Positions 47,101 to 60,310 of a stretch of 64,000 nt of DNA are shown in pieces. Below the pieces are notes generated by a model. The model made no database searches. It saw nothing but the letters and a program-made list of their open reading frames with translations, and was not told the origin of the DNA. How positions within the stretch are numbered: position 1 is the stretch's first letter; the number at the start of each line of letters is the position of its first letter. The stretch comes from Selaginella moellendorffii (Eukaryota > Plantae > Lycopodiophyta), in contig NW_003314269.1 of assembly GCF_000143415.4 (NCBI RefSeq), forward strand, positions 1,867,544 to 1,931,543, in the 5' to 3' direction. Position numbers and translations under genes: made by a program.

Positions 47101-50100
47101 ATATGCTATTTGTAATATCCCAAATTGTTGTTGTTGCTCTAAATATCACTAACTTCAAACTTGCCTTTCGACTTAGAGTATCCGCCACAATGTTGCTCTT
47201 CCTAGGTTTATACAGAATTTCGTAATCAAACTTGGCCAAAGCATTGGCCAACTAACTTTGTTTCCTTCTTAGGTCAAGCTGCGACAAGAAAGGTTTCATT
47301 ACCATATTATCCGTGTATACTTTGAAGTGCCTCCCAAAGTAGTGTCACCACTCTTTGAGCACCTTGACCACCGCAAATAATTTAGTCTCATAGGCAGGCC
47401 ACTTTCACTGAGCCTTATTCAACTTCTTCGAAAAAAATGCTATCGGATGGATGTCTTGTTTCAAAACTGTGCCTAACACAAAGTCCAAAGCATTTGTTTC
47501 TACCTCAAAGTCCTTACCAAAATTTGGTAACACTAACACGGGAGTCTTTCTCAACTTCTCTTTGAGGTGGACAAATGCCGCCTCGCATTCTGCTGTCCAT
47601 ACCATCTTCCCTTTACCCGTTTTGTCCGTTAAGGGCACTCTTTGAATAGTGTTTGATAATCTTTCGATAGTAGTTGCATAGCCCCAAGAACACCCTCAAC
47701 TCATGTACATTCAATGGTCACTCCCATTCCTGGATTGCTTGGACCTTCTCAGGGTCCACCTTGAGCCCATCCTTGCCCACCACATGCCCGAGAAACTTTA
47801 CCTCTTGCTAAGCAAAGTCACATTTGCTTTTTTTAGCATACAATTTGTGTTCCCTTAGTTTTTCAAACACTTTCGTCAACTGTTCGGCATGCTCCTCTAG
47901 CGTCTCGCTATAGATCAAGATATCGTCAATATAGACGACTACAAAGTGATCTAAACAGGGTACAAAGATGTGGTTCATCAGCGCTGAAAACGTTCCCAAT
48001 ACATTGCACTGCCCAAAAGGCATCACTAGAAACTCAAAGCTTCTATACCTTGTCCGATAGGGTGTCTTTTTAAACATCTCCTCTGCTACTCTGATCTGGT
48101 AGTATCTTGACTTTAGGTCAATCCTCAAGAAGTATTTTGCATTTCCCAACCTATCAAACAGGTCCTTAATCCTTGGCAAAGGGTACTTGTTTTTCTTTGT
48201 ATACTTGTTGAGCAACTGGTAGTCTATGCATATGTGCATAGATTCATCTTTCTTTTTAACAAATAACACTGGCACCCCATACAGTGACTTGCTCAACCTA
48301 ACATACCCTTTATCCACTAACTCTTCTAGTTGGCACTTGAGTTCTTCGATTTCCTTTTCGTTCAACCGATAAGGTGAACAAACCACTGCCTTAGCACCCT
48401 CAACTAGTTCAATCTTATATTTTATTGGTTGTGTGGGGGGCAACCCCGCCAATAGCTCCTCCAACATGGTATCATGGAATTGGTCTAACACCCGTTGAAT
48501 CAATAAAGGTACTTCTTCCGTTCTCGTCTTTTTGTCACTCTTCACCGAGAGTAAGCACAAAAATGTTGCCTTCATTCCTTTAGAGAGTTGTCCTCTCGTG
48601 GACACTAAGTTTAAATAGTAGTTTTTTGCCTTACATTGCCCTACCTTTAGATTCTAGGCCTCCACCCTGGATCATTCTCCCTAAGCATTCGCCAGTACCA
48701 CAAGGTTCCTATTTTATCCATGCAAGGCTACTACGAACTGATTGAACCAATCTATCCCGAAGATTATGTTAAATCCTGCCATGTCCAACACGATGAAATC
48801 CATGTCTACTTTCCAAGTCCCCACTTCGACTCTCGCTTGTTGAAATACCTCATCGGTGCTTTAGCTATCTTGAACAAATTTTATAGTCCTTGGTTCACTC
48901 AATCATTGCACCGTTAGTCTAGCTTACCGGACTATATCTGCAACCACAAAATTATTTGAAGCACCTGTGTCAATAAAGATTTTAACAAAGCTACCTCCGA
49001 GCTTCCCTCGGAGGGCTAGTAGATATCGCGAACGACTCTTTACCAAAGTTGCTCATGTAATGAGTAACTTTGAGCTAGGGACTGGATCACGTACCTCAGT
49101 TTAAATTTCACCTGACTTAATGGCCATATTAGCTCTGGCCTTTTTCAAGTAAGGACATTCCCTCGAAAAGTGTTTTGCTTCACTGCAGTTGAAGCATATG
49201 TTATTTCCCACCCTACTAGCCGACTTGACCTTCTTATCAGTGGGTTTATCTCTTTTCACTTGACTCCCTTACGTACTTGCTCACCACTGAATCTGCCTTT
49301 TCAGAAACCCCAATGACTCATTCTTAGAGAAACTCTTTTTGAATTTCCTTTTGCCATTTGTTCCCCTTGGTTTGACCCCTTTGCTAAACGTGGACCTTGA
49401 CCCCCTTGTGTTCCCCTTTCGCAAGTTATCATTGAAATGCACCTTGATAGCCACATCTAACACTTCCTTGTAGTTGGTCAAGTTCCAATGCATCACCTCG
49501 CCGCGAGCCCAAGTTTGCAAGCCTGATATAAAGGTATAAAACGCATCCATATCACCCATATTTGTGACAAATATCCTCTTTGCCATAAACCCATTCACAT
49601 ACTCTTGAATGGTTCCGGTCTGCTTCAGCCTACTTAGCTCATCCCTTAAGTACAGAGTAGCATTCGGAGGAATGTAAGTCCTACGGATCCTTGCCTTCAT
49701 CATTTTCCAAGTGGCCACTAGTCCTTTGTTGGCCTCTGTCATTCTCCACCAAGACTTGCATTATCTGCCAAGTATGGTTTTGCACATAGGACCTTCTTCG
49801 AGCTCGATAACCACAACACTTGGAAGTAGTTCTTCATATCATAAAATCAATCTTCCACCACCTTATAGTCATTCACTCCCTTGAAGACTGGTGGGGGCTT
49901 TGGTTTGTACATAGGAACTGTTTAAGGGATTGATTCCACTTCAGTCTGTTCGACCTTGTTTGGTTTTGCTTTAGTCCCTGCTGAAGGGTCCACACCTTCT
50001 GTGCTATCAGCATCCGCAGTCTTTCGCTTTTTCTTCCGCTTCTCGTCACGCTTTAGCTTGCGTACGAAAGTCTCCAACAGGGCATTGGTCAGTGCCAATT

Positions 50101-50843
50101 GTCCTTCTAGAACATCCAATCGAGCCTTGGATGACTGAACCTCTCCACTGGACTTTTGTTTGGAAGTTTCCTCACTAGAGTCCTCCTCATGCAAAGACTC
50201 CTCATCCATAGCCTCTTGTTCGACTGGAGGCTCCAGTTGCTCCAAAGGAGGTTCCATCTTTGCTTTTGTTTGTTTATGCCCTACCTTTGCCATCTCCCAG
50301 CAATCTACCTCTATCCTTCGCTAAAACTGAGGAAAAGACTTCGATACCAAATTGTAAGCCACAAATTTTTCCTTTCCAATTTGCCAGCTTACCTCATCTA
50401 TCCAACCAACATTGCCTTGGCTTTAGCTAAGTTCCCTCGCCAAGATTCTCACCTCTTGTACCAGCTTCTACTTGGTCCTACTTGGATTCAACTGCTCACT
50501 ACACAAGCAACAGAGCGTTAGCCATCCATTTATGGATTCCCAATCTCTCTCAATCCCCCTCCCCGGGTTAGATTGAACTTAAGGTTCGGCTACACTCCCT
50601 GTAAGCACAAGCAACCAAGCACACTAAGCTTCCAAATTCCTAACATCCCTTGGTACAACAAGACTTGATCATATAGGACCCTCTAAATCCCAAGCCTTGG
50701 GTGCAACTCTTGCTTCGGGATGCTGAGGGGAAACACCATGGCCTGATCTCAGACTCAGTCCCATTCGATGAACTCTTTATCATTTTAGTCATGCTTTTAG
50801 GGATCCTTTAGCCTATGACACCTCAAGGAATTGGTTCCTTACA
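44167..50843 (-). mobile_element. Full-length decayed Ty3/gypsy element, family B, nested in a family-A LTR
   Basis: LTRs 44167-45126 and 50353-50843. TSD CATGG at 44162-44166 and 50844-50848. Reverse PPT at 45127-45138 and reverse PBS ACTTCGATACCA at 50338-50349. Confidence 0.93.
45560..50293 (-). pseudogene. gag-pol of family B (gag with zinc knuckle, protease, RT, RNase H, integrase, chromodomain remnant)
   Basis: [95 protein letters not shown]. Many stops. Confidence 0.9.
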
Positions 50844-51048
50844 CATGGTCATTCACCTTGGTCACATCGGTGGTTCAACACCACCTGCATCACAGTCTTG
50901 TCTCTCAAAGACTGGGCCATGCATCCATGAGTGATCATCCTAGATCCACTCCTTAGCATCCTTAGGATGCCCGCAAACATAGAGAACAATCTTCCCTAAT
51001 ATCCCTTTTTACAGTCCTCACCAAGTCCCTTTTCTATCTATAGCCGTG

Positions 51049-52186
51049 TGTAAGTGACTAAATTTTTCCATTCTACTTTAGTCATTTAACCACACCTCCG
51101 ACCACTTAGAGGAGTCTCATTCACAACCTCCATAAATCCCACTCAGGACTTGGGGCTTACTAGTCCCGAGAATGGCATCCATGCCACTCAACCTTTACAC
51201 TTGGTCCCAGTGCTCCACGTGTCCAGTCCCATGACCGACACCCCAAGGTACCACTGACATACCAGCCCATTACGCTAGGCCATGCCCATTCACCTTGGTC
51301 ACATCAGTGGTCTAACACCACCTACATTACAATTCCGTCTCTCAAAGACTAGGCCATCCATCCATGAGTGGCTATCCCAGATCCACTCCATAGCATCCTC
51401 AAGATGCCTGCAGACATAAAGAATAGCCTTCCCCAATGTCTCCTTTTCGGTCCCCACCAAGTCCCTTCCTATCCATGGCCGTGTTCACCAACACTGCCAC
51501 TGGATCAAGGCCCACTGGCCCGACTACTAAGTCCAACTGTCCTCCAGGACTTCCTCACTATGTGACTGTGTCCCTTGTCACCACACTAAAGGGCTACTCC
51601 TCTTCCTTTCCACAGTCTGGGACTTTGGGGCAACATTTCAGAACACCGTGGCCCTATGCGGGCCTTGTGGGTACTCCCCTCGCCTTTTGCCTTTGGGTGC
51701 TTCTCGGACTCCATCTCGGATTCCATCTCGGGTCCATCTCGAACTCCATCTTGGACTCCGTCTCGGACTCTATCTCGGACTCCATCTCAGGTCCTTCTCG
51801 GACTCCATCTCAGGTCCATCTCAGACTCCATCTCAGTCCATCTTGGACTCCATCTAGGACTCCACCTCGAACTCCAATTCGGGTCCATCTCGGACTCCAT
51901 CTCAGACTCCACCTCAGACTCCAACTCGGGTCCATCTCGGACTCCATCTCGGACACTTCCACATGTCATGTGTTGGTCCTTTTGGGTCCTTTTTTTGGAG
52001 CCTCACTTATTGCTCGTTTCATGTTCGTTCCTTGAGCACTCCATTGGGAGTTCCACTCCCGCTCTCAACCTTTCAAGTCGGAGCCTTTTAGTCCAAATGT
52101 GTTACGCTCGTTTGGCTTTTGCTTCGGCCACTACTACGTGGCACCCTTTCGGCTCCACTTTGGGGCTTAGGGATTTGTGTCTCACA
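51049..52186 (-). mobile_element. Solo LTR of family A inserted into a family-A LTR
   Basis: TGTAAG...TCTCACA ends. TSD CCGTG (51044-51048) / CCATG (52187-52191). The host LTR resumes in register afterwards. Confidence 0.85.
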
Positions 52187-53180
52187 CCATGTTTGCCAAC
52201 ATTGCTACTAAGATAAGGCCCGCAGGCCTGACCACTAAGTCTCACTGTCCTTTGGGACTTCCTTGCCACATGACTGTATCCTTAGCCACTACATCAGAGG
52301 ATTGCTCATGTTCCTTTCCACAGTCTAGGACTTTGGGATAACATTTTGAAACATCATAGCCCTACAAAAGCCTCATGGGTATTCTCTCCACCTTCTACCT
52401 TTGGGTGCTCTAGCCATGGGATTAGAGTGAGGTTCCATTGAGCCACACTAGGTATCCAAATAGGTAGTACCACTCACGCTTGGACTAAGAGCATCGACCA
52501 TTCGATCTTCTGGAGGAACTAGAGTCAGCTCTTGAACACTTCACCAAGTTACCCCGCTTATTAGTTTGTATTCACTTTAGCCTTAGACTTCCCAATGGTT
52601 ATCTCATCACCCAACACTTGGGTACATCCTTCCTGGGCCAAACTAACCTTTCCTGGCCAAACTGGCTCTATTGGGGTCCAACCCCCACACTCTCCCTACT
52701 ATACTTTTGGAACCCCCTATACCCCCACCCCCCCCCCCCTCCCCCCGGGGGACGATTGCTTTGGGCTTTCACCCAACAACTTGTATTAGTATTTGGACTT
52801 GGACTTGGACTCGGTTTCAGTCTCGGTCTCGGTTTCAAACTCGGACTCGAACTCAGTCTTGGTCTCAATTTTGGTCATAGTCTCGATTCCATCTCAGGTC
52901 CATCTTAGACTCCATCTCAGACTCCATCTCAAATCCATCTCAGACTCCATCTCAAACTCCATCTCGGGTCCATCTCAAACTCCATCTCGGAGTCCATTTC
53001 GAGTCCATCTCGGACTCCATCTTGGACTCCATCTCGAGTCCATCTTGGACTCCATCTCGAACTCCATCTCAGGTTCATTTCAGACTCCATCTCGGGTCCA
53101 TCTCGGGTCCATCTCGAGTCCATCTCGGACTCCATCTCAGACTCCATCTCGAACTCCTTCTCAGACCCTATCTCAGGTTT
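51700..53180. repeat. 11-12 bp minisatellites (GGACTCCATCTC / GGGTCCATCTC) inside family-A LTRs; also at 26310-26660, with a related array at 44760-45045
   Basis: Directly visible arrays at 51705-51955 and 52890-53175; they generate the spurious SISDS/LGLHL ORFs. Confidence 0.85.
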
Positions 53181-55493
53181 GTTTTCTGTCCATCTTGACA
53201 TTTCCACGTGTCATGTGTTGTTCCTCTTGTGTCCCTTTTCTAGAGACTCACTTACTGCTTGCTTCATGCTCATTCTTTGATCACTTCATTGGGAGTTGCA
53301 TTCCCACTCTTGACTGTCCAAGTTAGAGCTCTTAATCCAAATGTGTTATTCCCGTTTGGCTTTCGCTTCAGCCACTATCACATAGCACCTTTTTGGCTCC
53401 ACATTTGGGGCTCTAGGATTTGTGTTTCACAGTTAATATTATTGAGAGCCTTTGTTTTATTGTTGCTCCTAAGGAGTTTATGTATGCCCTTAAAAGTGGA
53501 CGTTTTTATTAATTTTCCCAGCTCAAGTGTTAACTTGTGTGTTAAGGAGGTTGAGTAGTGTGAATATTTTGTCTATATTATAGTAGTTGAAGTATTTTAT
53601 GACAAAAAGTCTCTTGCTTTCCAAGTTTTGAGTATATGTCCTTTTTATTTCCCCATTTCTGCATTGACAACTACTGAAAATTCTTTTTCCAAAGCTTCTT
53701 TATTCATTTTTCCTCTTTCATAATGTTTCTTTGCCTTGATGCTTTAAACTTTTTTTTCTTTGGAGGAGGGGTAAAGGGGATGGCCTTGATGATAGAATGA
53801 GGACAAATGAATATGATAGTAAAGCAAGGACAAATAACATAAATTGTGGAGTGAAGATGAATATAAGAAGTCCAAATAGAACATTTAGCCCCAACTTAGT
53901 GAGGCAAAATAAATGCAATAGTGGAATGAGGCCAAACATAGATGACAAAGTGAAGATGAATGTAACAAATCTGAATAAAGCTAGTACTTTAAAACATTTT
54001 TTCATTCGAGAAGGGGATAAAAAGGATATGGAGGGTAAATAAAATGTGTCCGACCTGTTATATACGATGTTAAACAAAGATAAAGGTTGTGAGTGTAAGT
54101 TAACATAGGTTTGAGATGTTAACTAAAAGGAAGATATAAAAGCAAATTCTACTTATGATCATGAGTATGAGTTAATGGTTATCTTGAAAGATTATTGGTG
54201 AGCAAATTTAAAGGTAAAATGTATTATTTGCTGCAATGGCATTTTATAAAATACAATAGTTTTTCAAATTCTTTGTTTTGATTCAAAGTTATAGTTTCAG
54301 AGCATTTAATAGTTGCATACAGAGTTACAACTAATTCATCAAAATTTTATAATCGACTAATACTTATGCCATGGCTTTAGATTTTGTTTCAGTCATAGTT
54401 GTTAACAACTACATTAGTGGTTACCTAAGAACTTCATGTTCATATGGTATCACTATATGCACAAATATTTCTTTGCTCTTCCTCTTCTTCTTCCTCCTCC
54501 TTGTCAATTAAGATCTTGTTTGGCATATTCTACTGCAATAGTTGCCTGGAAGCAAGGCTCACACACAACAGCATAGTCTTCTCAGGTAAAGATAAAGCAA
54601 GAGAGAGTTGTGGTTTCACTATTAAATCCATGGTACTTGTCAAACAGAGGCAAATTGAATGATCCCGTCACTATCCTTCAAACAGAGGCAAATTGAATGA
54701 TCATGTCACTATCGTGAGCACCAATGAGACAAGGCAATTCCAGGTGCAAATCCCACCACAATTCGATGCCTGCTCCATCAAGTTCTTGAGCATAAATAGC
54801 TCATCTTGGTTTGACAATGTCAAAGTTTGTGGTTTTGTTTGCACTGGTTGCTGCTCTAGTAGTAATTTGCTTGGTGGAACTCACTAGTGCTCTGGAGCCA
54901 GGATCACTGATGTGGTGATCTTGTGTTTTCCAATTCAGTACAAAGGAGAGGAAGAGAAAAGACTTCCTGCAAAGAATGGTTATTTGCAAGATCCCAGCCT
55001 CTAAAGCTCAGCGCATACTTCGAGTCTTCATGCTCGAGGATATCCCACCACCCAGGTTCGCGCAAGGAAGCGGAGCTCTTCTTGGCGGTGGCCGTGGCGG
55101 CGGCGGCGGCGGCAGTGGCGCTAGTGTTCTTGAGCGCACTGAGCGCAAACAAGGAAGCCAGAGGATCCGCTGGTCGGCAGCTTCTTCTTCCTCATCTCCA
55201 CCACCACTCCGCTCTCGAGCTCGGTGTTGGGGCGGAACCGCTCCAGGAACTCGCAAATCGGCATGTCCCACTTGCACTGTCGAGGCCAAGATTGAGAGAT
55301 TTCCCCGATGCGAGCGAATATCCGCGGTAGCTTTAAATCTCCCTCCTAACGGCTACATGGGATACCTTTCTGCCGGATAGTAATCTTGTTTGGTCGAAAG
55401 CAAGAGGACAATGTTTCCTACCCACGTATCCAACGGTCGAAGTTTGTCTGAACTTCGATTAAATGCAAAACAGCCAAAAAGAGTGAAAATGTT

Positions 55494-58293
55494 TTAAAAC
55501 CTTCCACCAACACGAAGCAAATTCACCATTCTACCACCACCATCCGACTGTCCGCCCCTTCCGCTAGGCCCACTCTGGTATGGAGTTCTTCCAACGCTAC
55601 TATAAGCATCTTGGTACCTGGTACTCTGATAGCCAGCGGCGTAAGATCCTCCAGTTCCACCACCACCACCGCCACCACCACCACCGCCGCCACGCTGGTT
55701 CTTATCCCTGCCATAGCCTCCGCCACCACCGCCACCACGCTCGCCGCCACGCTCCCTCTTCCCCGCCACCGCTCCAACGTAGTCCTGCGTATCCTTGTGC
55801 CTGCTAAAGAAGTCCGTGCCGCCACCACCGGTGCGAGCATTGTCAGCGAATTCGTTCATCTCCACCAGCGTCGAGAGCTTGTCCACGAACTGAATTGCCA
55901 GAGCCTGGAGCCTCGTCGGCTCCACGTTGTGTGGGACGATGCAGCGAGTCGGCTGATCCCAGCTGCCGTGGAACTCCTCCGCTGCCATGAGCCGGCTGGC
56001 GATGCTGTGAACGAGCCCCTCCGGGAGATCAAACATCGCCATGAGCTGGTCCAGGCTCAGCGAGTCGTAGGACGATGCGTACGTGAAGAGATAAGTCCGC
56101 AGCGCCTCCTCCTGGATCTTGCTCTTGAGCATGTCCATGGCGAACTCTCGCTTCCGGAGCAGCTTCCAGATATCCAGGCCCTGGACGATCGCCACCGCCT
56201 TCTCCCAGTCGCCCTTCATCAGAGCCCGGCTCGCCGCCATGATGTTGTCACGGATGTTCTCTGGGGGCCCGATGAAGGCCTGCTTCTCGTAGATGTCCAG
56301 GAGACGGCGGAACGTCTTGCTGTAAACTTTCTTCTTCACGTCGTGCGCGTTGGCGGCCATGTTGGGAACCTCCAACAGCATTGCACAGATAAGGTGGACC
56401 GCCTCCAGCAGCTCCAGGTTGATATGCATGTGAAACGGCATTTGGCGGCGGCGTTCGAGTTTTTCCTACACAAGAAAACCACCTCACAAGTTGAGAAGAA
56501 ACACAAAACTATGAAAACAATCACCTGTTCTGGAGTCTTGTCGTAAAACCGACTCTGCTGAACTCCTTGTGCAAGGAGCTCTTTCACCCGTCCGCCGGCA
56601 TAGAACTCCGACAGGCACGCATGCGTTTCAGTGATGAGACCGGTCCGGAAGGCACACAGTCCCAGCTGCGCCATAGCTCTGTTGAACAGGATCTGGCTCA
56701 GGATGTCCATGTTCATGATCCCATCTTGCAGTCGGCTCGACAGCAGGAGGTCCCTCGCAGTGTAGAAGTCGTCGAAGATGGCGTAGTGATAGATGTCGCA
56801 TAGCATGGCCCTGGCTTTTGTGCGCTCGTCTCCAAACTTGTAGATCAGAGTTATGAGCTCGTCCATCATAGTCCGGCTGAGGTCCGGAAGATCGGGGGTT
56901 CCCAGAACCAGCGTGCTGTCTTCCGCACCAGCCTCCGCCGTCTTCTGGCTCTCCCCGAGCTTTCTCATGGCCTCGTAAACCTCCTGAGGCTTGTAGTAGA
57001 CGTGTTCCAGCCTGCGAAGTGCCACCCGAGCGGCGGCTCTCGTATCTCCAATGCGCTCCACGTACTCCTGAACACTCTGTGCCACCACCAAGAAGGCTGG
57101 CTCGTCCTTCATGCGGTCGACATAGTCCTTGGTGTGCGGATCGATCACTTGCAAGCTCTTAAAGAGCTCGTCATCCAGCCGCTCCACGAACCCAACGATG
57201 TTCCCCCAGACGCGAATCTGGCCGGGATAGTCGTCTCCCTTTTGCGTCTCGTTCTCCGACTCGGGCTCAGCATTCTCGCTCATGACAATGTTGGGATGCT
57301 GCGCTAGTATGTCCAGAATGGCCATCATGCTATGCGCACACTTCTTCCACACGTTCACCGGAAGATGCGTGTTCAAGCTCGTCGTCACGTCAAAGTGAGC
57401 CGAGACAACGTGGAGGAGGATCTCTAGCTTCTGCGCCGGGGTCTTTGCAATGGTAACGAGATAAGTGAGCTGCTCAACCTGTTCCACTCGATCGGTTCCC
57501 TTCCTCCCTCGAGCAGCAATCACCTCCTTGAGCTTCTTATCCACCATGTCCCAAGTTATCTCGCTCGGGTCCTTCTTGATGATATAGCTCGGCCCCTTGC
57601 CCGACTTCTGCCACCCATCCTCGTTATCCGACTCAGACACCGGAGCAACGTCTTGAACCTCCTCGATAAAGTCCGGCTCCGACTCCTCGCTGCTCATGTC
57701 GCCCTCGTCATCCTCGTCCTCGGCCTCGGACTCTGGGTTCTTGCGGAACTGCTCGATCTCGGCCTCGTAGATCTTGTTGTTCTTCTTGAGCTTTTGCTTC
57801 ATGTAGTTGAAAGCCTTGGAATTGCTGCTGTTCATCTTCTTCTTCAGCTCCTTGTTGCCCAGTGTCTGGCTCAGGAAATCCTCGAGGATGACCAGCGCCT
57901 TGATGTAGATGCGAGGAGGAGCCGCCGTCTCAGTGACGCGCAAAACCTTCTCCAGCTGCTTGTTGATCTTGTCGAAGCTCTCCTGGAGGCTCACCCAGTC
58001 GTTGATCTTCATGTGATTGCGGATCTGGTCGATGGTTGCCGACATCTCGTCGAACCTCTTGACCTTGGCCGAGCGGACGACGCGCTTCTCATCCTCCGAC
58101 CCCTCGCTATCGCTCGTTTTGTTGAGATACTTGTTCCCCGCCTCGCCGGGCGTGACGATATCCTTGAAGTCATCGGCATCCTCGCTCGATTTCACATCGT
58201 CCTCCGAGTCGCTATCAACTCCCTGCACGAAAACAAGCAATCAATACCAAGAGCAACACGAATCCGACGCACCTGGTCCCAGAATTTCGACAT
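55494..58293 (-). CDS. eIF3c: Eukaryotic translation initiation factor 3 subunit C (3 exons, ~896 aa)
   Basis: Exons 58293-58273 (MSKFWDQ), 58222-56525 and 56465-55494 with GT-AG introns in phase. Hallmarks [38 protein letters not shown] and a PCI domain; Gly/Arg-rich tail. Confidence 0.97.
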
Positions 58294-58349
58294 CCCGAGC
58301 GCCAATTCGGTCGCCAATTCGATCGCCAATTCGCCCTAGCCGAGCCGCT

Positions 58350-58382
58350 GCTAGAACCCTAACTTTGAAAAGAACCCTAGAT
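58350..58382. promoter_or_regulatory. Telo-box-like motifs upstream of eIF3c
   Basis: AACCCTAA at ~58355 and AACCCTAG at ~58373. Telo-boxes are typical of plant translation-machinery promoters. Confidence 0.5.
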
Positions 58383-59374
58383 TTAAGAGAGATCCATATC
58401 GTACAATAGGATTCAAATTGAACGGTGGGCATGGTTTTTACAAATGGGAGGAGAAATGGAGAGGATTTCTTCCTCCTCTAGGTAATGTCGGCGATCGAGA
58501 GAAGTTTCTAATCGTCCATGGTGATTCCAGAGTTTGTTGCCGCGGATCTCTTTCTCACACTTCTTCTTCTACGTCTCTGGAGTCACGGCAAGAGAGGCGA
58601 TCGATCGAGCTTAGGTTAGAAGCGCTAAGAATGCGATGGATGAGAGAGCTTACTCCTCTTCGGCGGCGTCGTCGTCGTCGCATGGGCGATGGGGCAGCGG
58701 GCGATCGTCTCGGTGGCGCCATTCCTTCGCTCTCTCACAACTCAAATGGCGCCCGCCAAAAAACATATACCCTGAGCCAAGCGTCACCGTGACCCTTGGA
58801 TCCGCCACGTCACGCGGGCGGACACTGCCACGTCATAAATCCGTTAGAAGAAACCCTTGGCTTCCCGGGATTCGAACACAAACTGGTTCGTTAGGGTTTT
58901 TAGGGTTCTTCGCTCACGCTGGATGTCCTTCGCGGCTGACTGGTGGATTTGTGATCAGCGCAGCTCGATATCAGCCGCATTCTAAGATTTCTCTCCGTTA
59001 CTAGTTCTAGCTAGCGAAATCCTTGTGACTGGTGGATTTGCGATCGGTCGGCAGGGAATTCTAACATTTCTCTCCATTTCTAGATCTATCTAGCGTTTTC
59101 AACAAAATCCTGGGAGCTCTGGAATTGGCATTTCCGGTAAGAAATTTGTAAGTTCTCACGCTTCCAGACGGCAGCACACTCCTTGCTCTGGTTAGACAAG
59201 CATCCTTTTTCTTCATTATTTCCAAAAAGTAGTTCGTTCCATCCGGCATGTACAGTGATTGATCAACACTTCCCGTAAGTTCTCCTCTCTCTCTTTTTTT
59301 TTTTCCTTTTTCCCTGTCGTCGACCCCTAAACTCTCTTGAATATCTTACACGATGAAGATCGCAGTGAAGAAGA

Positions 59375-60310
59375 TCATGGCTGTCCAGCGCAAGAGAGAG
59401 TCGCGGGGTTCCATATCCATGGCACCAAGAACTTCCGCCGGTTCACGCCCTCCACATTGTAGCTCGCCTTGGAGCTGGGATCCACGGAGAGCTGCCCGGG
59501 ATAGCCAGGATACGACCCCGGCCCATAGCTGCTGGAGCAAGCTCCCGCCGCCTCGAGCGCAAACGTCTGCTCGCCCTGGTAGTACGCGGTTCCAAACGGA
59601 TTGGTGGCGGCTCCAGCGAGAACTTTGGCGATGGTGATGATCATCCCGTCCACCCCGACGCCGTTTGGAGCGGTGAGAACCTCCTGGGGGCCGAACTGCG
59701 GCTTGGCGTATGGCCAGGCGCAGAATCCCGGGCACTGCGTCTCGGAGTTGCCAACCCAGGCGTATGGAAGCATTGCGCCGCCGGTGGAGGAGCCGGGGAA
59801 AGTGTAGAGGTGCTCGCCGCAGGTGTTTTGGCAGAAGCCTTGGACGCTCACGTCGGCGGCGGTGAGGACGAGATAGATGCTGCGGGGGTCGGACGGGAAG
59901 GCCTTTGAGCGGATGGAGCTCGCGACCAGGGTGGCGATGTCCGACTTCTTGAGGGATTTGCCGAGCGAGTACTTGCGATCGGTGGCTTGCTTGGCCAGGA
60001 CGAGGCTCTGCGCGACTCCCTGGCCTTTGGAGTCGGTGTACTTCTGCGTGAGCGACCACCATTTGGCGACGGTGGAGGAGCTCTTGGCCGCCGCCGGAGA
60101 GAAGCTCGAGAGGAAATCGGTGATGGTGGCTTTGTCGCTCTTGGAGAAGCGGCCGTAGAGGACGAGGTAGATCTTGATCGGCTCCGGGCCGGAGAGAACG
60201 GGGCCGTTGTGGTAGTCGAGGACGAGCGGCGGCGTCTCGAGGAGCTTGGATTGAGCGGCCATAGCGAAGAGGGAGAGGAATGCAAGTGCTGCGAGAAGCG
60301 TGGACGCCAT
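59375..60310 (-). CDS. EXORDIUM/PHI-1 (phosphate-induced 1) family secreted protein
   Basis: Signal peptide; LDYHNGPVLSG, IYLVLTAADVSVQGFC...CGEH, YAWVGNSETQCPGFCAWP, PNGVGVDGM, GSYPGYPGQL, RKFLVPWIWNP. Intronless. Confidence 0.96.
   Translation of the reverse strand: MASTLLAALAFLSLFAMAAQSKLLETPPLVLDYHNGPVLSGPEPIKIYLVLYGRFSKSDKATITDFLSSFSPAAAKSSSTVAKWWSLTQKYTDSKGQGVAQSLVLAKQATDRKYSLGKSLKKSDIATLVASSIRSKAFPSDPRSIYLVLTAADVSVQGFCQNTCGEHLYTFPGSSTGGAMLPYAWVGNSETQCPGFCAWPYAKPQFGPQEVLTAPNGVGVDGMIITIAKVLAGAATNPFGTAYYQGEQTFALEAAGACSSSYGPGSYPGYPGQLSVDPSSKASYNVEGVNRRKFLVPWIWNPATLSCAGQP

Larger units (their letters stand above)
29190..53431 (-). mobile_element. Second, truncated family-A gypsy copy hosting three nested insertions
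   Basis: 29190-29767 plus 43459-43929 are colinear with ~24260-25327. PBS remnant TCAATACCA at ~43918-43926. The LTR starts at 43930 and ends TTTCACA at 53431. Confidence 0.8.

Noticed and set aside
51436-53326. ORFs with SISDS/LGLHL/PSRT repeats (also 26110-26519 and 44791-45094)
   Set aside because: They are translations of the 12-bp LTR minisatellite.
53718-54077. Hydrophobic and Asn-rich ORFs on both strands
   Set aside because: AT-rich low-complexity sequence without splice or domain support.
54900-55380. GC-rich coding-like segment downstream of eIF3c
   Set aside because: All frames are short or interrupted and no domain is recognisable; it may be a pseudogene fragment.
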